From positions 36,719-100,718 of the forward strand of contig CAXGWS010000003.1 of assembly GCA_964013535.1 (NCBI GenBank): 64,000 bases of DNA. Direction: 5' to 3'. A program made the position numbers and the translations under genes. The DNA is from an uncultured Candidatus Poseidoniales archaeon (GTDB lineage: Archaea; Thermoplasmatota; Poseidoniia; Poseidoniales; Poseidoniaceae). Positions 49,761 to 59,363 of the stretch are shown here, piece by piece. The number at the start of each line of letters is the position of its first letter. Position 1 is the first letter of the stretch. The notes below the pieces were generated by a model. The model searched no databases. It was not told the DNA's origin and was given only the letters and a program-made list of their open reading frames with translations.

Positions 49761-50807
49761 GTGGGTGTAATTCATCCAGATATCTGTAAGGCTGAAACAT
49801 TGCCATCAGAATATTACACGGATGAAAAATTGTATCATCAAATATTAGACAAATTCCCAACCTCATGGTCTTTCATCGGGCCATCCTCTGTGCTCAATCA
49901 AAACACTGTTGTTCCAGTATCAATTGGTAAAATTCCAATGCTGTTGACAAAAAAAGGTGATGAGATAAACTGTGTGTCAAATGTTTGTACCCACAGAGGG
50001 ATGATTCTATGCCAGGAAAATAAAACAACTTCATCGATTATTTGTCCTTATCATGGGCGAACTTTTTCCCTTGATGGTAAGATAAAACACATGCCAAAAT
50101 TTTCTGGCGTCGAAAATTTCCCTGCACCAAGTGATGATTTGCCCTGTGCGCAAGTGGTTAATTGGCATGGTATGTTGTTCGCTAACTTGTCAGCATCGAA
50201 AACCTTCGATGAATACATCTCAGTGGTAGAGGAGCGTATGAATTTCATTGAATTTTCCCGGCTTACTATTGTTGATAACCTAGCTCGTTTGCACGACATC
50301 TCGGCGAATTGGATGCTTTATGTAGACAATTATCTTGAGGGATTCCACATACCTTATGTGCATAAGGGACTAAATTCAGTTATTGATTATTCAAATTATG
50401 AAACCGAGGTATTTGATGATGCAGTACTTCAAGTTGGTTATGCAGTTGACGGCGAGGAAGTATTTGACATTCCGGCAGGACACCAAGATTACGGCAAAAA
50501 CATTGCCGCTTATTACTGGTGGATATTCCCGAATCTAATGTTGAATTTCTACCCGTGGGGGTTATCAATCAACGTTGTCAAACCAAAAGGCATCAGTTCA
50601 ACTCAAGTCGTCTACCACGGTATGGTATTAGATCAAGATAAATTCGGCATCGGAGCTGGCGGTGATTTGGATACTGTGGAGCATGAGGACCAAGATATCG
50701 TTGAGGGTTGTAATTTAGGCATGAATTCGCCACTATATCATCGAGGGCGTTATTCGCCTACGATGGAAAAGGGCGTTCACCATTTTCACAGATTGCTTAC
50801 TGAATGA
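49761..50807 (+). CDS. Rieske non-heme iron oxygenase alpha subunit (choline monooxygenase-like)
   Basis: CTHRG...CPYHG Rieske ligands; DNYLEGFHIPYVH and ED mononuclear Fe ligands; GTG start after GGAGG. Confidence 0.9.
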   Translation: MGVIHPDICKAETLPSEYYTDEKLYHQILDKFPTSWSFIGPSSVLNQNTVVPVSIGKIPMLLTKKGDEINCVSNVCTHRGMILCQENKTTSSIICPYHGRTFSLDGKIKHMPKFSGVENFPAPSDDLPCAQVVNWHGMLFANLSASKTFDEYISVVEERMNFIEFSRLTIVDNLARLHDISANWMLYVDNYLEGFHIPYVHKGLNSVIDYSNYETEVFDDAVLQVGYAVDGEEVFDIPAGHQDYGKNIAAYYWWIFPNLMLNFYPWGLSINVVKPKGISSTQVVYHGMVLDQDKFGIGAGGDLDTVEHEDQDIVEGCNLGMNSPLYHRGRYSPTMEKGVHHFHRLLTE

Positions 50808-50809
50808 AT

Positions 50810-51154
50810 TCAGAATTTGTCTTCAGCAGGAGTTCCTGTGGTGACGTTACCATCTTGGTCGATGATGATTGGTGTTCCTTCTTCCCAGCCTGGGCAGTTG
50901 CTGGAAACCCAAGTTCGAGTTGCCCATTCGCAGATGTCATATCCGCCAGAGAGAATTCCAGATCGCTTTATGTATCCAACTTTGACAATGTCTTTGTCTT
51001 TAGATAGAACGTTACCCAATTGTTGGCTTGTAGTGCCGTGACGCATCGTACTATTGATGTGTTCCAAAATCTCCGCAGTGTTGCGGGGTCGTTCTCCTAA
51101 AAATTTCTTGATTTTTTCTCTTATCCTAGTTGTTTTCATCATAATCACGCTCAT
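50810..51154 (-). CDS. Small winged-helix DNA-binding protein (DUF3860-like)
   Basis: RNTAEILEHINSTMRHGTTSQQLGNVLSKDKDIVKVG, recalled as a Thermoplasmatota-conserved family. Confidence 0.75.
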   Translation of the reverse strand: MSVIMMKTTRIREKIKKFLGERPRNTAEILEHINSTMRHGTTSQQLGNVLSKDKDIVKVGYIKRSGILSGGYDICEWATRTWVSSNCPGWEEGTPIIIDQDGNVTTGTPAEDKF

Positions 51155-51242
51155 GTCACGCAGCGCATATCCATTGAATAATTGCCACTAAATGACAGGA
51201 CAGCGGTGGCTGATATAATAGTTCCTCCAAAATCAATAGTTT

Positions 51243-51833
51243 GTTACATTTAGGTACGAAATTAAGTGTAAAAAAGTAACCAATTATGATGGGGTGTAAG
51301 TAAATCCATACTATTCCAGTGGAAATATGTAACTAAATGTAACTATAAATTATATTAAACAATAAAATTATAACATAATTGTGAGTAGCGCACTTTGAGG
51401 TGACATATTTGTCTAAAAACAGGATAAGAAGTCACTACCAGCGCCGTATTCTTACTTGGTTGGTTGATAACAGTGGCTCGGTATCTGAAGTTTCAAAATC
51501 ACTCAAACTCCAGACGCCTCATGCTTCATCTTCGTTGAGCGAATTAAGAAAAAGAGGGTTGGTGCACAGAGATGACGCTCATGGAATCCGAGGGGCGATA
51601 CACAGTATTACCCAAGCTGGTAGAAAACAATTAGAGGAAGATCGTCTAAGTCTGTATAAGAGATATGTGGCAAAAACAAATCAAGAATCTGATGGTATTG
51701 TGTTAGAAACTAAAGGCCGTGAATTGCTACTTTGTTATCATAAAAACCCACCAAACTCTTTGATTTCCCTACCACTATATCCGTATAGTGACAATTCCGA
51801 TGATGCAATAATCTCCAGTGGAACAGATGGGGT
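51243..51833. other. Candidate replication origin (ORB-like elements plus AT-rich unwinding element)
   Basis: TTCCAGTGGAAAT at 51314-51326; 51341-51380 has 3 G/C in 40 nt; TCCAGTGGAACAGATGGGGT at 51814-51833; cdc6 is about 5 kb away. Confidence 0.55.
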
Positions 51834-53922
51834 GATTTGGGCATCAGTCGTCCCCGATTCAACTCGATGGTATTCTACTGATACACTAAAGCAGGTTTCA
51901 CCACCGAATGAACTCGGTACGGGTACCTTAGATGCATGGTTGCAAACCACTGATTCATTTGCTCTAGTGCGGGCAATTTTGTTTGAGCCAATCAAGCAGT
52001 GGAATGTTCCACCAGGGACTGAATTTTCGACTCCGAATTTGCACTCTTCACCATTACCAAAAGTAATTACGACAGGGAAACACAGTATTGGAAACATTGT
52101 TGGGACTGAGCTTGGCGTCATGTGGGAGAATAGACTTCATGCTCACCTATCGTCTAATGTTGATATTAACATTCTAATCAACTCGTTTTCACAGGAGGCA
52201 TATGTAATGCGCAAAAATCCGGTTAAACCTGACGTGACAAATATCCCAATTGGTAGTCTGTTCGAATGGCTGAAGTTACGGCACAAGCGATTAGGTGAAA
52301 ATAAAATCACTGAGAAATTCCTTCACCTTAAATCAATCATCCAGAGTGACTCAATAAACGGATTGAGTTTTTCCTTGCAGAAGGAAATTGCGAAGGATTT
52401 TGGTTACTGTAATTGGATTGATGAAATTCCAAGAAATATCGAGATATCGAATCTCTCAAGTAATGGCCTAAAGGCTATAATTCGGCATTTAAAAAACAGC
52501 CTTGATGCAGAATATGTAATCGAATGGGACTGGCCAATTAATGACGATATAGAGTTTCTAAATCACTTGATAAGAGACACTAACTGCCGTCTGTTGGTAA
52601 CCAAAGTAGGTCCACCAGGGAATATTATCTCTACATTGGGAACATTAAATTCTCTATCAGATTTAGCAATGGTTCGGTTAGAATTGCCAAATCAACACTC
52701 TCTCGATATCAAACTAACCGGCGATTCAAGGCCACAAATGAGTATTTCTCACAGCGTCGTACCGGCCGATGCTGTTGAATTACTATCGGCTTTTAATGAT
52801 GGTAATTGGCAATTAGACTTGATGTCCGAGGTTTCAAGGGATTTTGAAACGAGTAGCCAAATTTGGCAGGCTTTGAGTAAATATCCTGATGGCGATGAGA
52901 TGTGGGCAAACAGTATTGAAACATCTAATCCATTGGCGGCATGGATTGCAACTCCTATCGAACACCGCCCAAGCCGATGGGTAAGAGTTCAAAATAAATT
53001 TGATACAAATTGGGCAGATTTACTGCCGCTTGAAAATTCTTCTGCAGAGTTAATCGCGGCAAGTTTACATCAAGGTAGCGAGAATTTTCGTTCAAATGCA
53101 ATTGATCAACTCGCTCAGCGATTTCTTTTAGACCATCAGCTGCTTATTGAAATCGAAAATTTAGACGGCAACTCGCTACAATCAAGTGGGATTTCAACCG
53201 CTATTCTATTGGTGTGCGATAAATTACCTGATGAATTTTCTAAGTATGTTACCTCGGCAGTAGATAATTGGTTAGACTATCCACTATTCCCTGCGAGGGT
53301 ACTTAGTGCCTTATTTACTAGTAATCAGCATGGTGATACAGACCGTTTTGGAGTTTACAACAAGGTTGTCCTAGCCTCTAAAATTCATCCAAAAGATTCG
53401 ATTTTGTTCAACTGGGGTCGTTACGTTGCTTGCCTAAAAAATTCTGAGACAATTCAAAATGAATTGATGCGGACATTTATGACATTACTACCTTATCATT
53501 GGTGGCAAGCAAACTCTTCAGATTGGCTGGTTAGTCAATTATCCAGTTCTGCTGGGCGCAGATGGTTGACCAATCAGACCATACCATGGCCAGCCTTAAT
53601 TTTTAGATTAGATGGCGAATTGTCAGGACCTCCCGGCTCACAAAGCAAATTTGTCAGGAAGATACCGCCAACTTCCGAGTTGCTTTTCATTCCCATAATG
53701 CAGGATTGTCTGGCTAAAGATTCACTCATGGATGTTTATGATTTAGCATCCAAGACCGAGGACAATAAATTCAACATAACCCCACGAACTCACCCCATGA
53801 TCGGGTATCTGGTTCGGTCGCTTCAAGAATGGCCAGATTTTGATAGTGATATAATTGACCAAGGTGACAAAATGACCGGGTGCTTGTTATTTGGTATTTC
53901 TTATCATAAAAATATCATTTAA
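51400..53922 (+). CDS. Large hypothetical protein with N-terminal winged-helix (ArsR/MarR-like) domain
   Basis: RRILTWL...SVSEVSKSLKLQTPHASSSLSELRKRGLV wHTH; remainder not recognised. Confidence 0.75.
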   Translation: MTYLSKNRIRSHYQRRILTWLVDNSGSVSEVSKSLKLQTPHASSSLSELRKRGLVHRDDAHGIRGAIHSITQAGRKQLEEDRLSLYKRYVAKTNQESDGIVLETKGRELLLCYHKNPPNSLISLPLYPYSDNSDDAIISSGTDGVIWASVVPDSTRWYSTDTLKQVSPPNELGTGTLDAWLQTTDSFALVRAILFEPIKQWNVPPGTEFSTPNLHSSPLPKVITTGKHSIGNIVGTELGVMWENRLHAHLSSNVDINILINSFSQEAYVMRKNPVKPDVTNIPIGSLFEWLKLRHKRLGENKITEKFLHLKSIIQSDSINGLSFSLQKEIAKDFGYCNWIDEIPRNIEISNLSSNGLKAIIRHLKNSLDAEYVIEWDWPINDDIEFLNHLIRDTNCRLLVTKVGPPGNIISTLGTLNSLSDLAMVRLELPNQHSLDIKLTGDSRPQMSISHSVVPADAVELLSAFNDGNWQLDLMSEVSRDFETSSQIWQALSKYPDGDEMWANSIETSNPLAAWIATPIEHRPSRWVRVQNKFDTNWADLLPLENSSAELIAASLHQGSENFRSNAIDQLAQRFLLDHQLLIEIENLDGNSLQSSGISTAILLVCDKLPDEFSKYVTSAVDNWLDYPLFPARVLSALFTSNQHGDTDRFGVYNKVVLASKIHPKDSILFNWGRYVACLKNSETIQNELMRTFMTLLPYHWWQANSSDWLVSQLSSSAGRRWLTNQTIPWPALIFRLDGELSGPPGSQSKFVRKIPPTSELLFIPIMQDCLAKDSLMDVYDLASKTEDNKFNITPRTHPMIGYLVRSLQEWPDFDSDIIDQGDKMTGCLLFGISYHKNII

Positions 53923-53988
53923 TACGATGGTTTCATTTATGTTGGCGTATGCCACGAACTGCCGTACTAGCAACATCGGGCAGAGCTA

Positions 53989-54295
53989 CTGTGAAATTGC
54001 AATGAAGTTCGATACCAATGTGCGGTCCGCTATCGAAGACCAAAATGACCCTTGAGGGGATGATTTTTGGGGCAAAAGCGGTAAACCATTTGGTAGGTTA
54101 TGGGTCCTTGTGTGACGCAAGGATGAACTCAAGACAACCACCCTATCATACAGCACGCCCCGGCACCGAGGGTCAGGCCTTGGAGCAATGCGATGAAACA
54201 GGCCGTTAGGAGCCGGGGCACAGCGCTGACAAGCAAAGAAATCGAGTTATCGACCCAAAATCGAGCGATTAACTCAAAGGCCAATTTCGTTACAG
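53989..54295 (+). ncRNA. Putative structured non-coding RNA of about 300 nt, identity unresolved
   Basis: Closing stem 53989-53999/54282-54295 enclosing five hairpin arms; GC-richer than the flanks; no credible ORF; TATA-like TTTAT at 53936. Strand inferred from G-U pairs and the promoter. Confidence 0.6.
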
Positions 54296-54302
54296 GCAAG
54301 CA

Positions 54303-55325
54303 ATGGCAACTAATTACAGCTATGCTTGTTGCCTCGTCGGGGGAACTTTTGACAGATTTCATTCGGGGCACAAATTACTACTAAGCATGGCTATATCCCG
54401 CTCAGAAAGGGTAGAAATTCACGTAATCAATGATAATCTAGCCGGCCGTAAATCAACCTTCATTGAAGATTATGATACGAGAGTTAATTCTATTCTTGAT
54501 TGGTTAGAAGAGAAATCATATCACTCAGTTAAGTTGTTTCAGTTAGACGATGCTTTTGGCCCAGCGCCTTCTCACAAATCCGCCGATGTAATTGTCGCAA
54601 CACCGGAAACTGTTGGTAATTGCCACGAAATAAACCGTATGCGCAGCGCTCAAGGTTTAGCAGAATTAGCAATTCTTGAGGTGCCCCACATGCTAGATTA
54701 TTCTGGCAAAATTATCAGCAGTTCGAGGATAAGAAGCGGAATAATTGACTCCGAGGGTAATCCATGGATTGAGCCACATCAGCGTAGTCAAAATCTGAAA
54801 ATGGTTTCGAGTTTAGATGAAGAACTCAAGACACCCATGGGAGTTTTATTCCAAGGTCCGGAAGAATTTCCAGAAATCGCAATGTCTGAGGCATTAGAGT
54901 TCATCGACCGAGAAAATAGTGCTATTATCGCAGTTGGTGATGTATCAGTGGCAACGCTGATTGGTATGGGGTTAACGCCCGATGTCGGAATAATTGACGG
55001 TATGACAAAACGGGCAGAACTTGATGATGCCCAAAAAGTAGTAACAACGAGTTTCAAGAATAAACTCAGTGCAGTGAACCCTCCCGGTCATTTGACGCCT
55101 TCACTCATTGAGGCAATTGAACAGGCCCTGTCGAACGAAGCGCCGACAGTAATCAATGTAGATGGGGAAGAGGATTTAGCTCCAATAATTATCCACTGTC
55201 TTGCGCCAATTGGGACCTCAGTTGTTTACGGTCAACCAAAGGTAGGGGTTGTGGTACAAATTTCAAGCCTTGAAGTAAAGCAACGTTGCCGTAACATAAT
55301 ATCAATGTTCGAGGTGGTTGATTGA
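54303..55325 (+). CDS. coaD: Fused phosphopantetheine adenylyltransferase / GTP-dependent dephospho-CoA kinase (DUF359)
   Basis: GGTFDRFHSGH and ISSSRIR (PPAT); LK.P.G, VGDV, DG.TKR, NPPG, GEEDL and YGQP (DUF359). Confidence 0.9.
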   Translation: MATNYSYACCLVGGTFDRFHSGHKLLLSMAISRSERVEIHVINDNLAGRKSTFIEDYDTRVNSILDWLEEKSYHSVKLFQLDDAFGPAPSHKSADVIVATPETVGNCHEINRMRSAQGLAELAILEVPHMLDYSGKIISSSRIRSGIIDSEGNPWIEPHQRSQNLKMVSSLDEELKTPMGVLFQGPEEFPEIAMSEALEFIDRENSAIIAVGDVSVATLIGMGLTPDVGIIDGMTKRAELDDAQKVVTTSFKNKLSAVNPPGHLTPSLIEAIEQALSNEAPTVINVDGEEDLAPIIIHCLAPIGTSVVYGQPKVGVVVQISSLEVKQRCRNIISMFEVVD

Positions 55326-56437
55326 CTAGCAATCCTCTAATCTCGGTAACAGTTTGTGTTCGAGATGGTGTTGATTGGGTTGACGGCTGTATAGAATCCC
55401 TGAGAAATCAAACCTATCGCCCCCTCGAAATCATCGCAGTTGACGATGGTTCGACCGATGGCTCACGAGAACGGCTAAAACAGTGGCATAGTCCTGATAA
55501 TGAGGTTCCAGTTTTTGTTCATGTTCAAGATGCTCTTGGACTATCTGCAGGTAGAAATCTTGCTGTTGAAAATTCACGCGGTGAGTGGATTGCGATAACT
55601 GATATTGATGTCAGACCAACTCAAAACTGGCTTGTTAATCTATATGAAAAATCACACTCTGTCGATGATGATGAAAATGTCGTAGCCGTAACAGGTAGGA
55701 CAATTTTTGAACGTGCAGACGATTTAGTGAGTTTGCTGAGATCGGTAGAAATAGAATCAAAATATCGTTCAAGGCCAAGGAGGACAAGTCTAGCAAATGG
55801 CCCGTGTTCAATGTTTAGGCGAGACTCGCTTAACGAAATTGGAGGGTTTGATCCCGCATGGTATCATGCTGAGGACATGGAAGTTAGTTTGAAACTTCTC
55901 GAACAAGGAGGGAGCATAATATATGCTCCTGAAGCAGTGGTTGCTCACGTCGCTGAATCAGGTCGCAAACGCTTTCTTGGCAAACGCTCGAGAGATGCGA
56001 GGGCTCACGTGAGGATTGTGCGAAAATATCCTAAAAGTCGACGTAGCGGGCCAAATTTTGATTTCATTGGCAGTTCAACAACGGTATTTATCGTCGCACC
56101 GCTGTGGTTTGTGGCAATACTGTCAGGCTTGCCATTTCTTTACTTATTTTTACAATCGGATAATCGAAGTTGGGATGAAATCCAAACGTGGTGGCAAACC
56201 AATGTTTTGTTGGTGACATTAGGGCTTTTACTGGTACAGGAATTGGTTCTGTGGCGTGGACCTTTGGGAGTTGTCAATCGGACTGCTATACTTTACAGCA
56301 GCAAAAATCGCGTATTTGTCTACCTTGCTTTGAAGGGTTTAATCCTGCAGTGGAGTTTAGCATTGTGGAAAGGTTTGATGCTCGGCTGCTATGATATGTT
56401 AACCAAGAAGAACGGCCATGATTTCAAAAAATCATGA
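55322..56437 (+). CDS. Glycosyltransferase family 2 with C-terminal TM helices
   Basis: VDDGSTDG, GLSAGRN, TDID, GGFD and AEDME. Confidence 0.9.
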   Translation: MTSNPLISVTVCVRDGVDWVDGCIESLRNQTYRPLEIIAVDDGSTDGSRERLKQWHSPDNEVPVFVHVQDALGLSAGRNLAVENSRGEWIAITDIDVRPTQNWLVNLYEKSHSVDDDENVVAVTGRTIFERADDLVSLLRSVEIESKYRSRPRRTSLANGPCSMFRRDSLNEIGGFDPAWYHAEDMEVSLKLLEQGGSIIYAPEAVVAHVAESGRKRFLGKRSRDARAHVRIVRKYPKSRRSGPNFDFIGSSTTVFIVAPLWFVAILSGLPFLYLFLQSDNRSWDEIQTWWQTNVLLVTLGLLLVQELVLWRGPLGVVNRTAILYSSKNRVFVYLALKGLILQWSLALWKGLMLGCYDMLTKKNGHDFKKS

Positions 56438-56995
56438 ATTGCTTTCTTCAGCCTTTGGTGAGTTTGCAGCATAGACGAGAGCGAATCCAAAGGCCATCAA
56501 ACCAATCGTAACTGAATATACACCGGGGTCTATCCAGCCTGTTGACAATATTCCAAAGTATAGGTAATTGATTACGCTGAGAAGAAGACACCATGCTCCT
56601 ATGGTTTTAGACCATCCTCCATTGTCAGGGTCGGCCAATGACATCCAAGTTTGGTTGACAAAAATTGATTTGACCCATGCGCCAACTCCGCCATCCTGTT
56701 CGTTGATGGTTTTTAGACCCAGAACGGTGAAAACGCCACAGATTGCAACAAACACAATATCAGACATAACGAAAGCTGGTGCTGTGTCCAAATTTTCGAA
56801 TGCTTTGTTGGTTAACTCAAAAGTCAATACTCCCGACCAGGATACACGATAACTTGGATGAATCTCTCCAAGCAGGTTTAGTACGGCGAGAAAAATGCCT
56901 AGCAAGCCCAAACCGACGAACCAGTTAGACAGTGTTTGTGAGGGATTTATGACCATTTGAATAAATCCATCATTTGTCTCATTTACTTCGCTCAT
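56432..56995 (-). CDS. Hypothetical 4-TM membrane protein
   Basis: Hydrophobic helices; likely start is ATG 56995 after AGGTGG. Confidence 0.7.
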   Translation of the reverse strand: MSEVNETNDGFIQMVINPSQTLSNWFVGLGLLGIFLAVLNLLGEIHPSYRVSWSGVLTFELTNKAFENLDTAPAFVMSDIVFVAICGVFTVLGLKTINEQDGGVGAWVKSIFVNQTWMSLADPDNGGWSKTIGAWCLLLSVINYLYFGILSTGWIDPGVYSVTIGLMAFGFALVYAANSPKAEESNS

Positions 56996-57053
56996 GCGTC
57001 GCCCACCTGCCTTCTGATTATAAGTACACCGAACATAGATTTTTCGAATAATT

Positions 57054-58295
57054 TTACAATCGTGTTTGATATTTGTATGTTCCATTGAATATATCTTCGA
57101 GTTCGGTTTCTGATTCAATCATTATCTCAATTGGGTCAATATTTTGTGGAATACACGAATTGATTTCTTTTGAACGGCCGTATCTACCTTTGCTAATGGT
57201 TCTTGCAGTGATTAATCCTAACATATCCAAACTCGAGATTAATCCAGAAACTCTGCGCTGTGTCAAGGCGTTTGTACCGAGGTGTCGACAAGCCTGCGAG
57301 TATATGTTGTATACTTCTCCAGTTTGTATATTTTTTAGACCGTTTTTCTCGTTGATTAGAATTGCTGCTAACACTATTTTTTGCTGATTCGGTAGCTTTG
57401 CAATCACTGGAGTCATCTGATCAGCTTCGATTTGGTGCTGGGCTAGTTTAACGTGATTTTGTTCGACTTTGACTGAGCCGCTAAGTTCTGCTTTTTCCGC
57501 CGACACTCTAAGCAAATCCAGTGCGCATCTAGCATCCCCATGTTCTTGGGCAGCAAGTGCCGCACACATTTCAATAACGCCATCACCTATGACACCTTCA
57601 TGAAGCGCAATTTTTGTTCGCTCTCGCAGGATATCTTGCAGTTGCTGAGCATCATATGGATTAAAAATCACATCCAGTTGGCCGAGCCTTGACCTAACTC
57701 TTGGATCGAGGAAATCGGTGAATTTGAGATCGTTTGAAATTCCAATTACACATGATCGTGCTTTTTTCAAAGAGGAGTTTAGATTGGTGAGGTTGTACAG
57801 TAAGTCATCTCCAACTTTTCTAACCAAATGGTCAATTTCATCAAGTACTATTATGAATACACCCTGTCTTGAATCCATACGCTTTACAAGCTCGCTGAAT
57901 ACTCTGTCAGTAGGCCATCCTGTGAATGGTATCTCATCTATTTCATGGGCTTCTAACAGTGAATTGCCAATGTGACTTAGCACTCTATATTGTGTGTCTA
58001 TTTGTCGGCAGTTAACAATAACAGTCTGAACAGACCTGTTTAATTGCTCTCCTTTCTCTTCGAGTTGCGCACAAACATAGTTTGTAACTGCGGTTTTTCC
58101 TGCACCCGTCACTCCATAAAGCGTCATATTCGAGGGAATATGGCCTTTGAGTGCTTCAACAAGATTGAATGATAGAGTTTCTATCTCATTCTTGCGGTGA
58201 GGTAGGTTGTTTGGATGATAGTTGTGGCGGAGAAATTCTTTGTTCTGGAACAGTGTTTTTCTAGACAGATAACCATCAAATATGTTTTCTGTCAC
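57054..58295 (-). CDS. cdc6: Orc1/Cdc6 replication initiator
   Basis: LPHR, YGVTGAGKT, LDEID, DPRVRSRL, GDAR.ALDLLR and the wHTH S.GRYGR. Confidence 0.96.
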   Translation of the reverse strand: MTENIFDGYLSRKTLFQNKEFLRHNYHPNNLPHRKNEIETLSFNLVEALKGHIPSNMTLYGVTGAGKTAVTNYVCAQLEEKGEQLNRSVQTVIVNCRQIDTQYRVLSHIGNSLLEAHEIDEIPFTGWPTDRVFSELVKRMDSRQGVFIIVLDEIDHLVRKVGDDLLYNLTNLNSSLKKARSCVIGISNDLKFTDFLDPRVRSRLGQLDVIFNPYDAQQLQDILRERTKIALHEGVIGDGVIEMCAALAAQEHGDARCALDLLRVSAEKAELSGSVKVEQNHVKLAQHQIEADQMTPVIAKLPNQQKIVLAAILINEKNGLKNIQTGEVYNIYSQACRHLGTNALTQRRVSGLISSLDMLGLITARTISKGRYGRSKEINSCIPQNIDPIEIMIESETELEDIFNGTYKYQTRL

Positions 58296-58449
58296 TGTTT
58301 TTCCCCCTACATGTTAGCGCAACCGGGCCAGCCGGATTGAGCGCGATGAACCTCCCAGTCCGAGTCCCCCTCATAAGCATACCTTCGAGAATTTTTTTCA
58401 CAATCAAATTTTACAGGTATTTGATAGTAAATTGTTCAACAATGTAATG

Positions 58450-59235
58450 TTAGAAAATCCACTTTTTATTCCATAAAATTGTGTATCCATCTTTCGCGTG
58501 ATAGACATTTTCAGGGTGATCTGGGAATTGACTCTCAGTTATCACCGGGAATTTCGAATCCTCGCAGTCTATGTAGGTATGAGTGATAATAAAATTTACA
58601 TCAGGATTATTTTCGCTAAGCAGCTGAATATCTGAAGGTTTGTGGTGCTCATTGCTTGGCACCCATTCTGGTATTGACATCTCTATGACCGCTAACTCTG
58701 TTTGTGCTATCTGTTCGTACAGGGTGTCACATGGGCCTGAGTCTCCACTGTGAACAAATTTTGCGCCTTGCCTTGAGTGGAAACTATACCCATAAGGGTC
58801 AACTGCATCATTGTGATTGACTTCAAATCTGGTCCATGACCATCCGTCTTCAGTGATTCCATCTGTATTCTCATTCCAAGTTATTGTTGAGAGTATTTTA
58901 CCCAAGGAACCAGGGTATGCTATCTCACAGACATGTTCGATTCTTTCTCTTGCGCCCGGCGCTGCAACTATGGTTAGGGGGTGCAAGAATTCTCGGTCTG
59001 AGATGTAGGTCCGCTCGAGCAATAGAAATGGAAGGCCAAATATGTGGTCGCCGTGCAAATGTGTGATGAAAATTGTTGAAATCTCATTTATTGAAATTCC
59101 GTTTTCTCGTAGTGAAATGAGCGCAGTCGGCGGTGCGTCAATGATGTGTTTTCGGTCAAAAATGGCGAATGAATGGTGACGTCCATTGGGCAAAAACGCA
59201 TTGCCCGTTCCAAGCATGGTTATTTCATGCGCCAT
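58450..59235 (-). CDS. MBL-fold metallo-hydrolase (RNase Z-like)
   Basis: LGTG, THLHGDH, SGDSGP and a late H/TH. Confidence 0.85.
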   Translation of the reverse strand: MAHEITMLGTGNAFLPNGRHHSFAIFDRKHIIDAPPTALISLRENGISINEISTIFITHLHGDHIFGLPFLLLERTYISDREFLHPLTIVAAPGARERIEHVCEIAYPGSLGKILSTITWNENTDGITEDGWSWTRFEVNHNDAVDPYGYSFHSRQGAKFVHSGDSGPCDTLYEQIAQTELAVIEMSIPEWVPSNEHHKPSDIQLLSENNPDVNFIITHTYIDCEDSKFPVITESQFPDHPENVYHAKDGYTILWNKKWIF

Positions 59236-59363
59236 AGTTGAGCCAGCGTGTCGTAGGTCTTGTTATAATCGGTGCATTCAACCGACAGTAATATTCGATT
59301 TCCGAACCTTCAATTACCCCCTCCGGCAGGGCGTATTGCTCGTGATTGAGCGGTGGTTCTCCG

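Noticed and set aside
54171..54190. Firm call as SRP RNA helix 8 or RNase P RNA
   Set aside because: The GNRA tetraloop and the GAGGAA CR-I motif are missing and the topology does not fit, so it is kept only as an alternative hypothesis.
53949..54209. In-frame TGA readthrough (selenoprotein-like) joining MPRTAVL... to ORF 54018-54209
   Set aside because: The product has no recognisable motif; the dense base-pairing is better explained by an RNA.
58296..58449. Replication origin immediately upstream of cdc6
   Set aside because: No ORB-like TCCAGTGGAA core in this interval.
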